Shown here piece by piece: positions 25,944 through 38,912 of a stretch of 64,000 bases of DNA (positions are counted from its first letter, which is position 1; every line of letters begins with the position of its first letter). This stretch comes from Octopus vulgaris (taxonomy: Eukaryota). A program made the position numbers and the translations under genes. The notes beneath the pieces were generated by a model, which was not told the DNA's origin, did no database searches, and saw nothing but the letters and a program-made list of their open reading frames with translations. The stretch is from contig OX597832.1 of assembly GCA_951406725.2 (NCBI GenBank), positions 36,766,001 through 36,830,000 on the forward strand, written 5' to 3'.

Positions 25944-28900
25944 GTTGATATATAGAGACTGGTTGTGATGGTCGCCACAGCTCTTCCTCCTCCTCCATTC
26001 TCTTGGATAAAGGGGGCTGTAAGAGGTAACAGGTGAAGGTGGGGATCTACAACAGGTGTTAACATTGTGAGGTTAAAAATAAATAAATTATGATGATCGT
26101 CATCATCATCATCATCATCATAATAGTTATCTTAACATGAGTCTATGAATTGTCCGAATATATTGGCTGTAGCTGTAGGAAATGGAATCATTTGTTTCTT
26201 TATTTTCTGCTAAGAGGAGTTTGCCATCTCTACTATGATAGGTCTGCAATAAACTTTTATGATGGATTGGTTAAGTATAGTGTTAGACTGATACAATGGG
26301 TTGACTTAGTCTGCTGTAGAATACTACAATGGGTTGGCTATAGACTGCTGCATTGGATTGGTCAGATTTGTAATAGACCACTTTGATTGGTTAGCTACAG
26401 TTGGTTGGTTATATTTACAGTACACTGCTTTAATGGGTTGGCTACATCTGTAATAAAGTGCAACTATGAGTTGGCCAGGTTTGTGAAAGACTATCTTTTT
26501 TTGTATACCACCAACTTTACGTTCTCATTCTTCCAGATACCATATTTCACTGATCACGCACCGATTTACCTCTTCTAGCAACCACTATATATTTGAACCG
26601 AGGAGGGAATTCACTACTTGGTTACCCAGTCTGCTAGAAATACCAACCATATATCCCTCAAACTGCTCCCTGCTGTTTTAAAAAGGAAGGAGACATTAAG
26701 GAATCCAGTCTTAGATGCACTATGCCTAGAGTAAAAAAAGACAGGTTTGTCATGGCTGGAATGAATAACTTTGATTCTAGCCCTTCTGGGTGAATGCTGA
26801 CTGACAGCTAAACAAAAACAACCAACACCACTGCAGTTACTGATACAGATGCACAGAAATCCATTTGAACATAGTCTGTTGTATCTCTGGTCTTGTGAAA
26901 GGAGTAAATGTTGCAAACTGACTTGCCACTCAGATCGTTGACCTGTTGTTCCTTAGAACCCTTCAATCTAGCACAGATATGGGTGGTCAACGGCTGGATT
27001 AGTGGAGCCACAAACACAAGTTTGACAACTTTTCAATAATTGATGGCAATTGTTTCGACAGCCAATCATCTGTTGAACACTTTTGTTGGTACACATCACA
27101 CACTGAGGTAAATATAGTAGACAAAGTGGATATTACCTCCAGGGGGTCACACTCACACACACAGAGTTCAAGTAAATATTGTTTCTGCTAACATGTTGTC
27201 CACAGAAAGAATGTGATTCACAGAAGCAAGAATCTGGGAGAGGTCTGTCTGTTCAAGTACATTGACACACCCTTCACTGTCCATCAGCCAGAGTAAAGAT
27301 GTGTCCACATTAACTGGACGTGTATAGCCTACTATCTTCTGAGAGACCAACTTTGGCTTGAGACAGAAATCCTTGTTGCCTCAAACATTTACATCTCCCA
27401 ACCACTTATTCACCCTATGCTGCTGTACGGCTGTTAGCCATGGCCAACAAGAATGGTGGACTTTCATTAGCTGGAAGTATTTGACTACTTTGACCTTCAC
27501 CAAATGCTCCACATTTGCACTTTTAATTGTGTATCAAACTCCCTAACTTTATCATTATTGCTTGATTCGGTCACCTTTAACGACTGTTGCTGAAAAGATG
27601 CTTCTATTGGTTTGACCATGCACTCCAGCATCCATGCAGTGAACTCATCTGTGGTACTGCCACATCTGAGCCCCTCTCAGGATAGTGTGAATGGTGAGGT
27701 GAACAGTTGCAAGATGTAGATTAGCATTGATTAAATTGAATCTTGGCTCAGTTCCTTGTCATTGTCTCTATATCTGGCTATCAAATGGAATCATGACTGG
27801 GTAATGAACTCTGCATCAAACATTTGTGATTGCTAAGCACGGTAATCTTCATAAAACTATAGATTCACTGCTTGGAACTAGTTTAATCTATCCCATGTGG
27901 ATGTCAGTACAGATGCACTTAATTACATGAACTTAGCTTAATTAATTAAAAATATCTCTGAATTTCTGTAGAATTCTTTGTGATAAACTAACAACTTATT
28001 TAGGTGGGATTTATCTCACAGCTGCTCAATGCTAAGGAAACTTCAGTGAAGCTCTGGCCCTGCAACTGGGTTTTGCAAAGATGAACTTGCAAAATATATT
28101 CTTCAAGGACTAAGAACTCAAAAACAGGTTTTGTTAAGTGACCCCTACCATGTTTGAATACCAACAGCATCATCATCATCACTATCTTCACCTGTTCATC
28201 ATCATCACCATCATCATCATAAACATTGTTCAGGCATCTTGTTCTTCTACTCGGTTCCGCTGACAGCCCATCCAATTTTCTGTCCATTAAACCCTCTTTA
28301 TTCTCCATAATTCCAACCTCCCATATTCCAATAAACCATTTTACATGAAGAATTCTTCTTTCCCACCCCCACCCCCAGTTTATTAATCTAAGTGAGCAAT
28401 TGAAGAGTTAATTAATTGATTGCTAATGAGACATTGTCTATGTGTCTACATGTGTGTGTGTGAAAGAGTCACATGTATTCATATGATTGTCAGTATCTGT
28501 GTGTGTGTGTGTGTGTGTGACCTCCTGGAGGTAATATCCACTTTGTCTACTATATTCCAGCCATTCAATACTATAACAAAATTGGCTACAGTCTTTATAG
28601 ATTAATTAATCAACTTAATTAGGCTTTCATCACAGCACTCTGGAGCTTCACATAATACAGATGTGTGTTCTGTAGTGTATTTAGTGATAGAGAGTGAGTG
28701 GTGGTGGTGGTGGTTGTGATGGTGGCGGCGGCAATGAAGAAGGTATAAGGTGGAGCAAAGGTTTGGTGGCAGGGTGAAGCAGAAGTGGTGGTGGTGGTGG
28801 TGGTGGTAGAACAGAAAGATGTGGTGTTGAGATGGTACTAGAGGCTGGTAGACTTCAAATATCATCATCGTTAACCTGTCTGTTTTAACATTGATCATGA

Positions 28901-29517
28901 TGATGATGATGATGTCTGCAGGTGTGTACGTTAACACTAACAGCATTCAATACACGTTCACCGAAACTCACCGATGCTCCCCAGTGCCTGATCTGTAAAT
29001 AGTTTGCTGAGGATTTGATTTACTAATCTCATGGGAATGGTGTGATCAAGCAGAGCTAAATGAGGAGGGGATATTCATTGCTTACAACATGTGAGAGACA
29101 CACACACACTTACATGTATGCACACACACACACACACTCACTCTCTCTTTCTTTCTCTCTCCCTCTTTCTCTCTCTCATACACACTCACTGGCACGTGCA
29201 TTTATATACAACAAAAGGACGTGCATACATTGGGACATATACACAGGTAAATGCATATACACATACAATAACACAGGTATATATAGATATGTATATTCAC
29301 ACACACACACACACACACAAACACACAAACAGACACAGATACACAAGCATATACACATATACCTATAACTCACAAACACATGCAACAAAGATCCATGTAA
29401 ACAAACACACTCTCAGGAATGAGCCTCTCTGTGATTGATTGTCTGCTTTAATAGCAGCCAAGTTTCCCTCCAGTCACACACTGTCATAAGGGCATATTAG
29501 ATTATGTATCTCTAGCT

Positions 29518-29728
29518 CAGTGGTTCTCAGCCACGTGACCCGTGCAGGTCCACATGACTCATTGCTGCTAGAATTTATGTGCAATAAATAGGTTCTACTT
29601 CCACAGTGTACAAAATATTTAATTATGAAAATATGATGGATTTTAATAAAAATATTAAATGTTAGGGTCCAGTAACGTAAAATATGAATCAAAGGGGTCC
29701 ATAAGCAAAAAATGGGTGAGAACCACTG
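29518..29728. mobile_element. hAT (Charlie-like) MITE
   Basis: TIRs cagtggttctca and tgagaaccactg; 8-bp flanks ctctagct and ctctaaat (6/8), close to the NTCTAGAN target of Charlie elements. Confidence 0.8.
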
Positions 29729-30039
29729 CTCTAAATTGAATGAAAAACAAGATACCTTTGATTGGAACACCTGTATTTATTGGGTCTACCTGATCAAGAC
29801 TGACTTAAACAAGAGCTTGGTCTGTTTTTTATAAAACATCCACTCGATTTGGAGTAGCACCAACAGAGTAACATGAAAAAGGCTACAGCAATACTTTTTC
29901 AATCGTTTTCTGCTACAGAGGGTGTCTGGGCTGAATCATGTTTAATTAGGGATTCCTTTATTTAATTTTATCTTCCTTCTTCCCACTTATCAGTCTATAA
30001 AAAGTCATGGGCCTCCAGACTTGATAACTAATAAGAAGA

Positions 30040-30212
30040 AGCGGAGGAACCTTTGAAGTGGGCTGAGGTGATTACATTGACCCCTAGTGCTCAACTGATG
30101 CTTATTTTTATCAACCCCTGAAGAATAAAAGACAAAGACCTCGATGGAATTTGAACGTAAAACTGGAAAAATGCTGCTAAGCATTTTGTCCGGCATGGTC
30201 ATGATTCTGCCA
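30040..30212 (-). mobile_element. Nin-domain-type SINE, the only antisense copy seen
   Basis: Reverse complement of ggcagaatc...aaaatgcttagc...gttcaaattcc..cgaggtc...ggggttgataaaaataag. Confidence 0.75.
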
Positions 30213-31254
30213 CAAGGATTCCAGACATTGAGGACAATAGAAGGGCCGAAAAGGAAATCCACAAATATGGAATTTATATCAAGAAAAAGGAGTATCAAAA
30301 AAGCAATTCAACAATAAAGAATTGCAAGAAATATTCCCTAGTTGTGGGGAAGACCCCTGATGTAATTCAGAGGAAACCATTTTATAAAGTGCCTTTTCTT
30401 TGTTTCCTTCCTCCTACTCAGAAAAGCAGACTTAAGATATACCCATGCTTGGTTTCAGACTTCTAGTTACCCTGGTTTCATGTGTTCTGAGCAATATAAA
30501 CCTTTCCTTTCATGAATCCCAAATTATTCTGACGGTTGAAAAAAATTGGTGAATTTGCATAATATCTGATGCATGAATGCCAGGGAAACATGTCTTGTGT
30601 ATCATGTGATAAATAGGCAAAGGGCCAAAGTGTTTCCTCTAATCACCCTCAGCTGGTAGGACAAACTGGAAGGAAACTTTCAAGTCCAGTGCACTTAATG
30701 ACATCAGGTGTACGGGAATGAGACTTGTGTGTTTTTCAAATTAACAGTTATCCTCAGCACACAAAATGCAGATACAACACCACACACGTCTGCACATACC
30801 TTTCACACATACGCACATATAAAACTCATATTCACACAGGCACATTCATAAGCACATGCATAGTTACTCACACACGCATGCACTGACAATTACTCTATCA
30901 CACACACATCCTCACATGCACATTCTCATACACACACATCCTTACACAAGTTATACACGCATCCTTACATACAGACATACACACACTGACTCACGCTTCC
31001 CTGAGGAACCAGTAAAAGTTCTGTGGCGCCTACTACCTACTGCCAATACACTGATTGATGATTTATTACTAATTAACAAGCCAATTAAGACAGACTCCAC
31101 TACCAGCAGTACACGCTAAGAAATCCATTTAGCTCCAACTGATGGCAGACAGCTATCTTGCCAATTTTGGGGGTTGAATTGATAATTCGTTTATGAATAG
31201 TTTTTGCTGACATTAGTCTGGTGTAGATAATGTTGTTGTTGTTGTTGCTGCTTT

Positions 31255-31636
31255 GTTTGTTTGTTTGTTGAGCGAAGCAGTCTTCGTCCCATTTGTCTGT
31301 AGTGAGAGAAGTCCAAAACGTGATCCTTTGCTATTTGTAAGACCCGCAGAAGAGAAAGTAGGTCAACCCCTGACACCGAGAGTATTGACAGATGGATGAA
31401 TGCGCATCCAGGCTCAGCGGTTGCGTTGGTAGTCGGGGACAAGAAACAGGAAGAAAGAGTGAGAGAAAGTTGGAGCGAAAGAGTACAACAGGGGTCGCCA
31501 CTACTCCCTGCCAGAGCCTCGTGGAGCTTTAGGTGTTTTCGCTCAATAAACACACACAACGCCCGGTCTGGGAATCGAAACCGTGATCCACCGACTGCGA
31601 GTCCACTGCCCTAATCACTGGGCCATTGCACCTCCA
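31255..31636 (-). mobile_element. tRNA-derived SINE with the same head as 7369 but a different 3' body
   Basis: 31441-31636 is the reverse complement of about 7370-7562; the remainder differs and ends in a (CAAA)n/(CAA)n tail. Confidence 0.85.
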
Positions 31637-31754
31637 CTTGTTGTTGCTGCTATGACCGTGTGTTTGATTCTGATGATCATTATTTTTGAAATTAAGATGG
31701 TGAGATTTCAGCAGAAGCATGGTAATGAACAGGTTAAACCCTTCTGTAATGGCT

Positions 31755-31975
31755 TGACCCTTTAACATTTTAAACCAGCCACATCCAGCCCAAATATTTC
31801 ACCTGTTTTCTCTTTGAATCAGCCAGATCCAATTTCTCACATGAACCTTACATCATTCTAAAAACAATCACATCATCAAAATGTCAAAGCTGTGAGATGA
31901 TGCCTTATCAATTCAAAGCAATGTGAATAAACAAACATCGCATTTGATAGAGTAATCAGAATGCCAAAGGGTTCA
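31755..31975. mobile_element. piggyBac-like MITE family (other copies 34199-34430, 59590-59799, partial 15626-15715)
   Basis: Ends resemble TTAA-CCCTTT...AAAGGG-TTAA; internal sequence shared between copies in both orientations. Confidence 0.6.
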
Positions 31976-32239
31976 GGTGCTCTGATTGAGGATTGAGCAG
32001 TGGTGGGCTCCTGTCTGCTAAATTCATCATTGTCTTCATTGCATCTCTCATCTTGCTAACTGCACATCTGTATATGGGTTACACGACTCACACATGCCAT
32101 TCATCTATCCCTAACTTCCTTAGTGGCCACCATATCGCAGTACGTAGAATCCTGCCAAAGGCCTCTGTGTGTGTGAGTTTAGGCACAGGCGTGGCTTTGT
32201 GGTTAAAAAGTTTTACTTCCCAACTTCATGGTTTCAAGG

Positions 32240-32426
32240 GAAGCGGTACTGAGCACATTAAAACACTGTGTGTGTGAGAGCAGTGTGATGTCTCGCTCTG
32301 TGAGGCCCCATGTTTTCAAATATACCACACTGAGAAGAATCTGTAAAATTCCTTGTATGAAAAACTATGTAGTTACTGAATGGCCTTAACACCCTGTCAA
32401 TGTTAAATCCATCGGCAAGGGGTTAA
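32240..32426 (+). mobile_element. piggyBac transposon 3' end remnant
   Basis: Encodes QCDVSLCEAPCFQIYHTEKNL* (piggyBac C-terminal Cys-rich domain pattern CxVxLCxxPCFxxYH) and ends in GGGG-TTAA. Confidence 0.7.
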
Positions 32427-32514
32427 GTTACTGCAGTACTGAGTAGCTGTATGTGGAACTCAGAGCTCTCAAAATTGTGGAGAGAATTCAGTGTTGGAAA
32501 AAGAACATCTGGTA

Positions 32515-32770
32515 GTGAACCACTGGATAATCTACCAGATTAGTCAGCTGGCATTATGTATCTTGCAGTTAGACATTAGATAATCTATATCAAGTTTCTA
32601 GCAGAAATCCACCAGATAAATCATATCTCATATTTAGCTGTAATTAACTAGATAATCTGTATTACACATCTAGTAGTAAATCATCAGATAATCTATATTG
32701 TACATCTAGCAGTAATCCACCAGATAATCCATATTAGATATCTAACAGTAATCCATTAGATAATCCATAT
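32515..32770. repeat. Degenerate minisatellite, about 36-nt unit (aatccaccagataatctatattacatatctagcagt-like)
   Basis: Roughly six recurring agataatc(t/c)atat...tctagcagtaatcc units. Confidence 0.65.
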
Positions 32771-33432
32771 CATCATCATCATCATGATATCGACTTTGGA
32801 TCAGACAGAATTTGTTTTGTTGAGGCAGATTTTCTATGGCCAGATGTCCTCCCTGTAGCTTTTTCCCCAAGTAAGGAAATATTTACCCCTGACCAGTCAC
32901 ACGTTTCACAGAAGATTGGAAACAAACATCAATTGTATGATGGTGGCACTCCTTTACGACCATGTAAAGTAGATGTACAACTGGCTTCTTTCAGTTTCTG
33001 TCTACAAAATCTGGCAATAAATCTGCCACATAATCTATATCACATATCTTGTTGTAATCTCTCACTCCCCTCCGCACACATTCTCTCTTTTCGTAGTTGT
33101 CTATCCCCCCCTCTGTATATATTTGTATCTATCAAACCACATGTTTCCGAGCCTTCTCCAACATCAAAGGTGTTTGCCACTGCTCCCAACACCCTGTCCC
33201 CCCTGCCTCCCCCAAGTGAAAATAACTGCATCACCAACAACTACAACATCAACAATAAGAACAGCCAGTAGAACTGAAATTCTCTTCCTCAAAACTGTGT
33301 TGTCTCCAGGACATTATCTGTCAAGGAAATCTCTGCTAAATATTCCTTTTCGTAATTACTGATGTCAGCTTAATGTGTATTCGCTTCACTATAAATAAAC
33401 TTGGGTAAAAGTTGTTACATAATACACACACA

Positions 33433-33483
<51 letters not shown>

Positions 33484-33570
33484 CGTGTGCATGTATTACA
33501 TCATTTTATAATATAATCTGAAACAGATACTTGTATGTATAGCTATGTGCATGTGTGTGATATGAACATG

Positions 33571-33632
<62 letters not shown>

Positions 33633-34494
33633 TATATACGTAGTTACACTGACGAACAGATGCAGAGGTCCTTTTTCCTTTTTTTTTTCTTTTTTGCAAA
33701 TTTCTACAAAGTCAGATAGAAAAATTGCTAACAATGACACTTATCGTTATTGGTAATCTCTTTGGTCGTCTTCTGCAGTTCTGTTATGCTATCAAATTAC
33801 TTTTGATCTGCTCATTAAGCTAAGCAAGTGAGTTAGGACATGATAGAGCTTCAGATCTACTGAGAAGATATTTCTATCTTGTTGATCTCAACACTTTATC
33901 AATGTTTTTGCTAATTATTGCACAACTCACAGTCTTGTCAACAATTAGTGGTAGATGTTCAGAATTTGGCAACTGAACGCTGTATTTACTATTGCGTTGT
34001 TATAGCAACTCACCTGTCTGCACTTAAGTCATTTAGACAGTTTTTATGTGAGGTCCTTAACATGTTCACAGGTCTCCCTCAACAAATTCCCTATTATGTT
34101 TAAAATTGGAGCCCACACAAGTCACTAAAAGACCTATATATATAGACCCTTAATTTACTAAATGTAACAGTCTAATCGCCTCAACAGCCTCTTCCGTCTT
34201 TAACCCTGGAGCATTCACATTATTCTCTTAACTCTGATGCTTTTTTATTCCCATTGTTTTGAATTTATCATGTATTTTCTTGTGGTTTCAAGATTTTGAA
34301 AATTTGATTGTTTATATTTTTAGAAAGACATGGTAGGGTAGATACGAGAGGCCAGACCTGGCCAGTTTGAACATAAGACAGATATAATTGTTAGGCCAGA
34401 TTATATCCCATTTAAATGCCAAAGGGATAAAATAGGTGATTACATAAACAATTGAAGAATGTCTTTCGGTTTAAAAATGCAGAACATGTAGGTT

Positions 34495-34730
34495 GACCAT
34501 AATTGACTGATCTTTACTGATCAGACATCAGTCTACACTAAACAGACACTAGTTTACACTGATCAGATATTGATAAGAGATACAAACTGTCTTTGAATGT
34601 TGATCTACATTGATCAGACATTGATCTATATTAAACAGACACTAATCTCCAATCATCAGATATTGATCTGCTCTGATCAAACATGGAGCTTCACTGAACA
34701 ATGATCAAACACTGAAGTCCATTGATTTAC
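34495..34730. repeat. Degenerate minisatellite, about 20-nt unit (acactgatcagatattgatct-like)
   Basis: Recurring tgatcaga(c/t)attgatct and aaacagacact units. Confidence 0.6.
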
Positions 34731-35639
34731 CATGTGATTTAAACCAATGCAACATACTTGGACTCCAGTAAGACTGAACAAGGAATTTGAGTGGCATTGA
34801 TGCATTTAAGCAAGGATAAAGGAGATGACTTAACTAAAATAGCCATCACTAGGGACAGCTGACACATGGTGGACCAGAATGGAGGAAGATTCTTCCTATG
34901 TTGATAAGATAATGTTTCCATTATTTAATGGAACCAGTGTTGCATGACTCTGGAGTACGTTTTTGTTATAAAGTCAATTGGTATTGGCAATGGTGATCAG
35001 ATTGTGTAAAGGAGCCATAGGTTGATGGAATTAAATGCATCCGTTCTGGTGTATTTTTGTGATTAAATTCTTAATTGTGCCATAGATAGGAATGAAACAA
35101 TTATTTGATGAGCAATTAACATTATGTGTGTCCATTAATCAGTGTAACTGTTTAGAAGTATCGTGCCCTTAGGGGCCTCTCTGGTTTCATCTCAACTAAA
35201 CCTGTGAGGTGTTTTTTGTTTGCTTTTCCCCTCCCCCTCTTTTCTCCATGGTTCCAAGAATCATGGCAGCAGCAAATTTGATGCATTGATTGTAGATTTT
35301 TGTAACATTAATAACACAATATATGATAAATTATGTTGTTTCGTCAACATATTATATCAGTGATTGTGTATACTGTTTAATTAAATTTCTGTCTTTGGTT
35401 ATTTATGACTGCTTGTGTGATTTTGTGAAAATGCTTGTGATGGATGTGATACCATAAATTTGGGTCAGTTGAGCGTCCATTTATGTATGTGTGTGTGTGT
35501 GTACATGCATGACGTATATTTTCCTCTAGTGACTTAGGGTTTAAAATAATAATAATGAAATTATTGTATATAGTGCTCAGGTGCACCACAACTTGTCAGA
35601 AAGTGCGTATAAAGCATCTGCAGTAATGTACAAATGTCT

Positions 35640-35950
35640 GGAAAGCGAACAATGCATGAGTCAGATACGTGCTTGTGTGTGTATGGAGGGGAGAAAATCA
35701 GGTGTAGTGTTGGCGAATCTCAGAAACCATGGAAGTTTTGAAGGATGCAGTGCTCCGACAACTAACAACTGATGCCGGCAGTTTGTTCCATGCTTCAGCA
35801 ACTCTCAGCGTGAAAAAATGTTTCCTAAAGTTTGTTTAGTGCTTCCAAGGTCTAGGGTGCCAGAATTTTGTATACTTCTATACTTGTTGTTAATGACCAG
35901 CTGTGTTTCTGTTCCTAGATATTGTGAATATACAATGTTCTCTAAATATT
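35640..35950 (-). mobile_element. CR1-clade LINE 3' remnant
   Basis: Minus strand reads RKHFFTLRVAEAWNKLPASVVSCRSTASFK, matching the CR1 ORF2 C-terminus (FFxxRVVxxWNxLPxxVV...FK). Confidence 0.75.
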
Positions 35951-36497
35951 TGTCGACCTATTTAGTTAGTTATAAAGTATGTGACTTTAAGTATGAGAGT
36001 TTCATGTATTTCACTTAACAAATGCTTGAAACTGTAAGTGACTCCATCTAAGAATATCTAAAGAAGGAATATTATTCCGAAATATCAGACTTTGGATGAC
36101 TAAAATTACAACAGGTATATAGCCCATTGTTTGTATCACAGTGCATTGTTTTGTACCGTTCAAAACCTTTTATTCTTTACAAACAATACACAATGCTTCA
36201 AGCGAACTACAATACTCTCCTATATGTAGCATATTTTATTTTGAATATTGAGTTTTAGTCTTCATTTATAATACCAAATGTCTCTCTCTACCCATCTATC
36301 TATCCGTCTGTCTGTCTATCCATCCATCTATCTGTCTGTCCATCTGTCTCTCTATGCATCTATCTCTCTCTCTCTTTAACTAGCTAGGTAGCTATTTGTC
36401 TATCCATCTTCCATCTATCAATCTATCTAGCTATCTCTCCATCTGTCTGCCTACCTACCTATCTATCTGTTTGTCTATCTATCTACTTTGTATGCTG

Positions 36498-36543
<46 letters not shown>

Positions 36544-36967
36544 TAAAGGTTACAGAATATTTTTAATCAGAGCAGACACTAGCTGCCCTCTATTGTATAT
36601 AAAATGTTTACTGATATGTTTTTTTAAAAAGTGTCTTTCCAAACTCATTAGAAACTTGAAACTAATAAAGATTTCTTGTTCCAGCAAATAATAACTTCAA
36701 AATATAGAAATCCCATCGAATGGATTTTAAATGATCTTCTCTTTAAAAGGTCAAAAACCCTCAGATTTATCAACCAGAAAAGAACAGATCAAATACGTGG
36801 AGGATATTACACACAAGCAGAAAGCAAATTACTTTTGTTTTGATAAATCATCGTCTGTGACAGGTCTTAAGTATTTCCAGTGAAACTACACTGCTCAGAC
36901 ACTAATCTCCGTGTCACAGATTGGCTCTTTTCCAGAATAAGATGCAGATTAAATCAGCTAAAAGAAC

Positions 36968-36998
<31 letters not shown>

Positions 36999-36999
<1 letters not shown>

Positions 37000-38435
37000 A
37001 GGTGGCAAGCTGGCAGAATTGGTAGCATGCCAGGCAAAATACTAAGTGGCATTTTGTCTGTCTGCACATTCTGTGTTCAAATTCCACTGAAGTCGTCTTG
37101 GCTTTTTGTCCTTTCAGGGTTAATAAAACAAGTACCAGTTGAATACTGGGGTTGATGTAATTGACTTACCCCCACTACCTAAACTTGCTGGCCTTGTGCC
37201 AATATTCAAAATCATCATCATCATCATCATTATTATTATTATTATTATTATTATTGTTATTATTATTATTATTCAGGTGGCAAGCTGGCAGAATCATTAG
37301 CACCCCAGGCAAAATTCTTAGTGGCATTTCATGTCTTTACATTCTTAGTTCAAATTATGCTGAGGTTGAATTCATCTTTCACCCTTTCAAGATCGATAAA
37401 ATAAGCACCAATTGGTCACCGAAGTCAACGAAATCAACTTATCTCCTCCTCCAAACCTGCTGGCCTTGTGCCAAAATTTGAAACCATTGTTGTTGTTGTT
37501 GTTGTTGTATTTTGCATATTGTTTCAGTGAGAGTATTTAGACTACGCTTATCTGCCATAGTAAACTGTTATCTCATTTTTTTTCTCCTTTTCTGTTGCAG
37601 TTTGTAAAGAGACCCAATTCACTGGAAAACAATCTGATACATATAAAACTTGTAAAAGGGAACAAAGGTAAATAGAAAACTCACTTTATTCTTGTTGTTA
37701 GTAAGGTCAGTAACCTGGCAAAATTGCTAGCATGTCAGACACCCTACTCACTGGCATTTTTGTCTGCCTTTGTATTCTGAGTTCAAATTCTGTTGAGGCA
37801 GACTTGAATTCTGGGATCGATGTAATTAACTAGCCCCCTTCCCCAAAGTTTCAGGTTTTGTTGCCTGTAGTAGAAAAGGTTGTTGTAGTTGGAATTGGTG
37901 GTGGCAGCAATGGTGAAGAAGAAGAATTGGCAGAATTGCTAGTGTGTCAGATCTTATGGCATTTAGTTACCACAAGTTCTTGTATCAAATCCTGCTGTGA
38001 GCAACTTCGCATTTCATCCATTTGGGGCCAATGAAAAATAGTACCGATCAAGTACTGGTATGTAACATTGACTAACTGCTCCTCTTAAAGTTGCTGACCT
38101 TGGTGACAACAAGTCTCCTAAAGTTTCAAGAATCTTTCTTAAGACTCTTACAGAATACAGGATCGTACTTTTCTGCAGATAAACAATGCAAGTCTCAGCC
38201 CTTATTAGGTAGCATTTTGGGTGTTGTGTGAAGTACACCAATTATTGTTGGTTTATTAATATCATTATTATTATTATGACAATGAGCTGACAGAATCATT
38301 AGCATGCCAAGCAAAAATGCCAAGCAGCATTTTGTTCTGAGGTTGACTTTCCCTTTTATCTTTCAGGGGTCAGTGAAATAAGTACCATTTGAACACTGGG
38401 ATCAATGTAACTGATTTGCCCCCTCCTCCCAGATT
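36999..38435 (+). mobile_element. Cluster of about five co-oriented Nin-domain-type SINEs flanking the 37601 exon
   Basis: Unit aaggtggcaagctggcagaat...gttcaaatt...tttcatcctttc.gggt.gataaaataagtaccag...ctggggttgatgtaat, separated by (ATT)n; the core resembles the Nin/Deu SINE domain. Confidence 0.8.
37601..37667 (+). CDS. dlg1: DLG small coding exon, PDZ1-PDZ2 linker and first strand of PDZ2 (absent from ORF track)
   Basis: Long pyrimidine tract then ttgcag|TTTGTA; donor AAAG|gtaaat; 67 nt, phase 0 to 1; FVKRPNSLENNLIHIKLVKGNK(G) resembles the DLG YVxRR...EIKLxKGxKG segment; phases match both neighbours. Confidence 0.93.
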
Positions 38436-38912
38436 TCAAGCTCCATGGTGGTCCATATAAAATTTTTGGGAGTCCACACAAGCAAAACAGTAAATTAGGG
38501 GTCCATAGTAGTATTTTAGGATTTCATGAAAATTTTTTACTTTGGATGTATTTATTGTAAGAAAGAGATTTGTTTCTTTTGCTAACATTTTACACAGTTG
38601 AACGTGTTTCTGGCCACTGAAACAAGTTCTTTCAGTGAGTACCATTGCAGACCTACACAAGTGAACGAGTGAAGAACAAAGTAAGAATTTTGAAAGAAGT
38701 ATCTATAAAACTAGTTTTTAAACATCAAGTGGACCATGTGGGTTCCACAAGAATAAAATAATAATCAAAGAAATTGATAAGTAAAAAATGGTTGAAAACC
38801 ACAGATCTTTGGGTTCCTTGGCTGTCCCCATCCCTTTGGGATGTCTATTTGATATTTTCTATCACTGACTCATCACATTGTTAATTATAATACTGACCTA
38901 TTACATGGACAC

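Noticed and set aside
26614-27900. Minus-strand ORFs (100, 69 and 60 aa) as a nested protein-coding gene
   Set aside because: No recognisable motif, different frames with intervening stops and no convincing minus-strand splice sites; a BLASTX could still reveal a pseudogene
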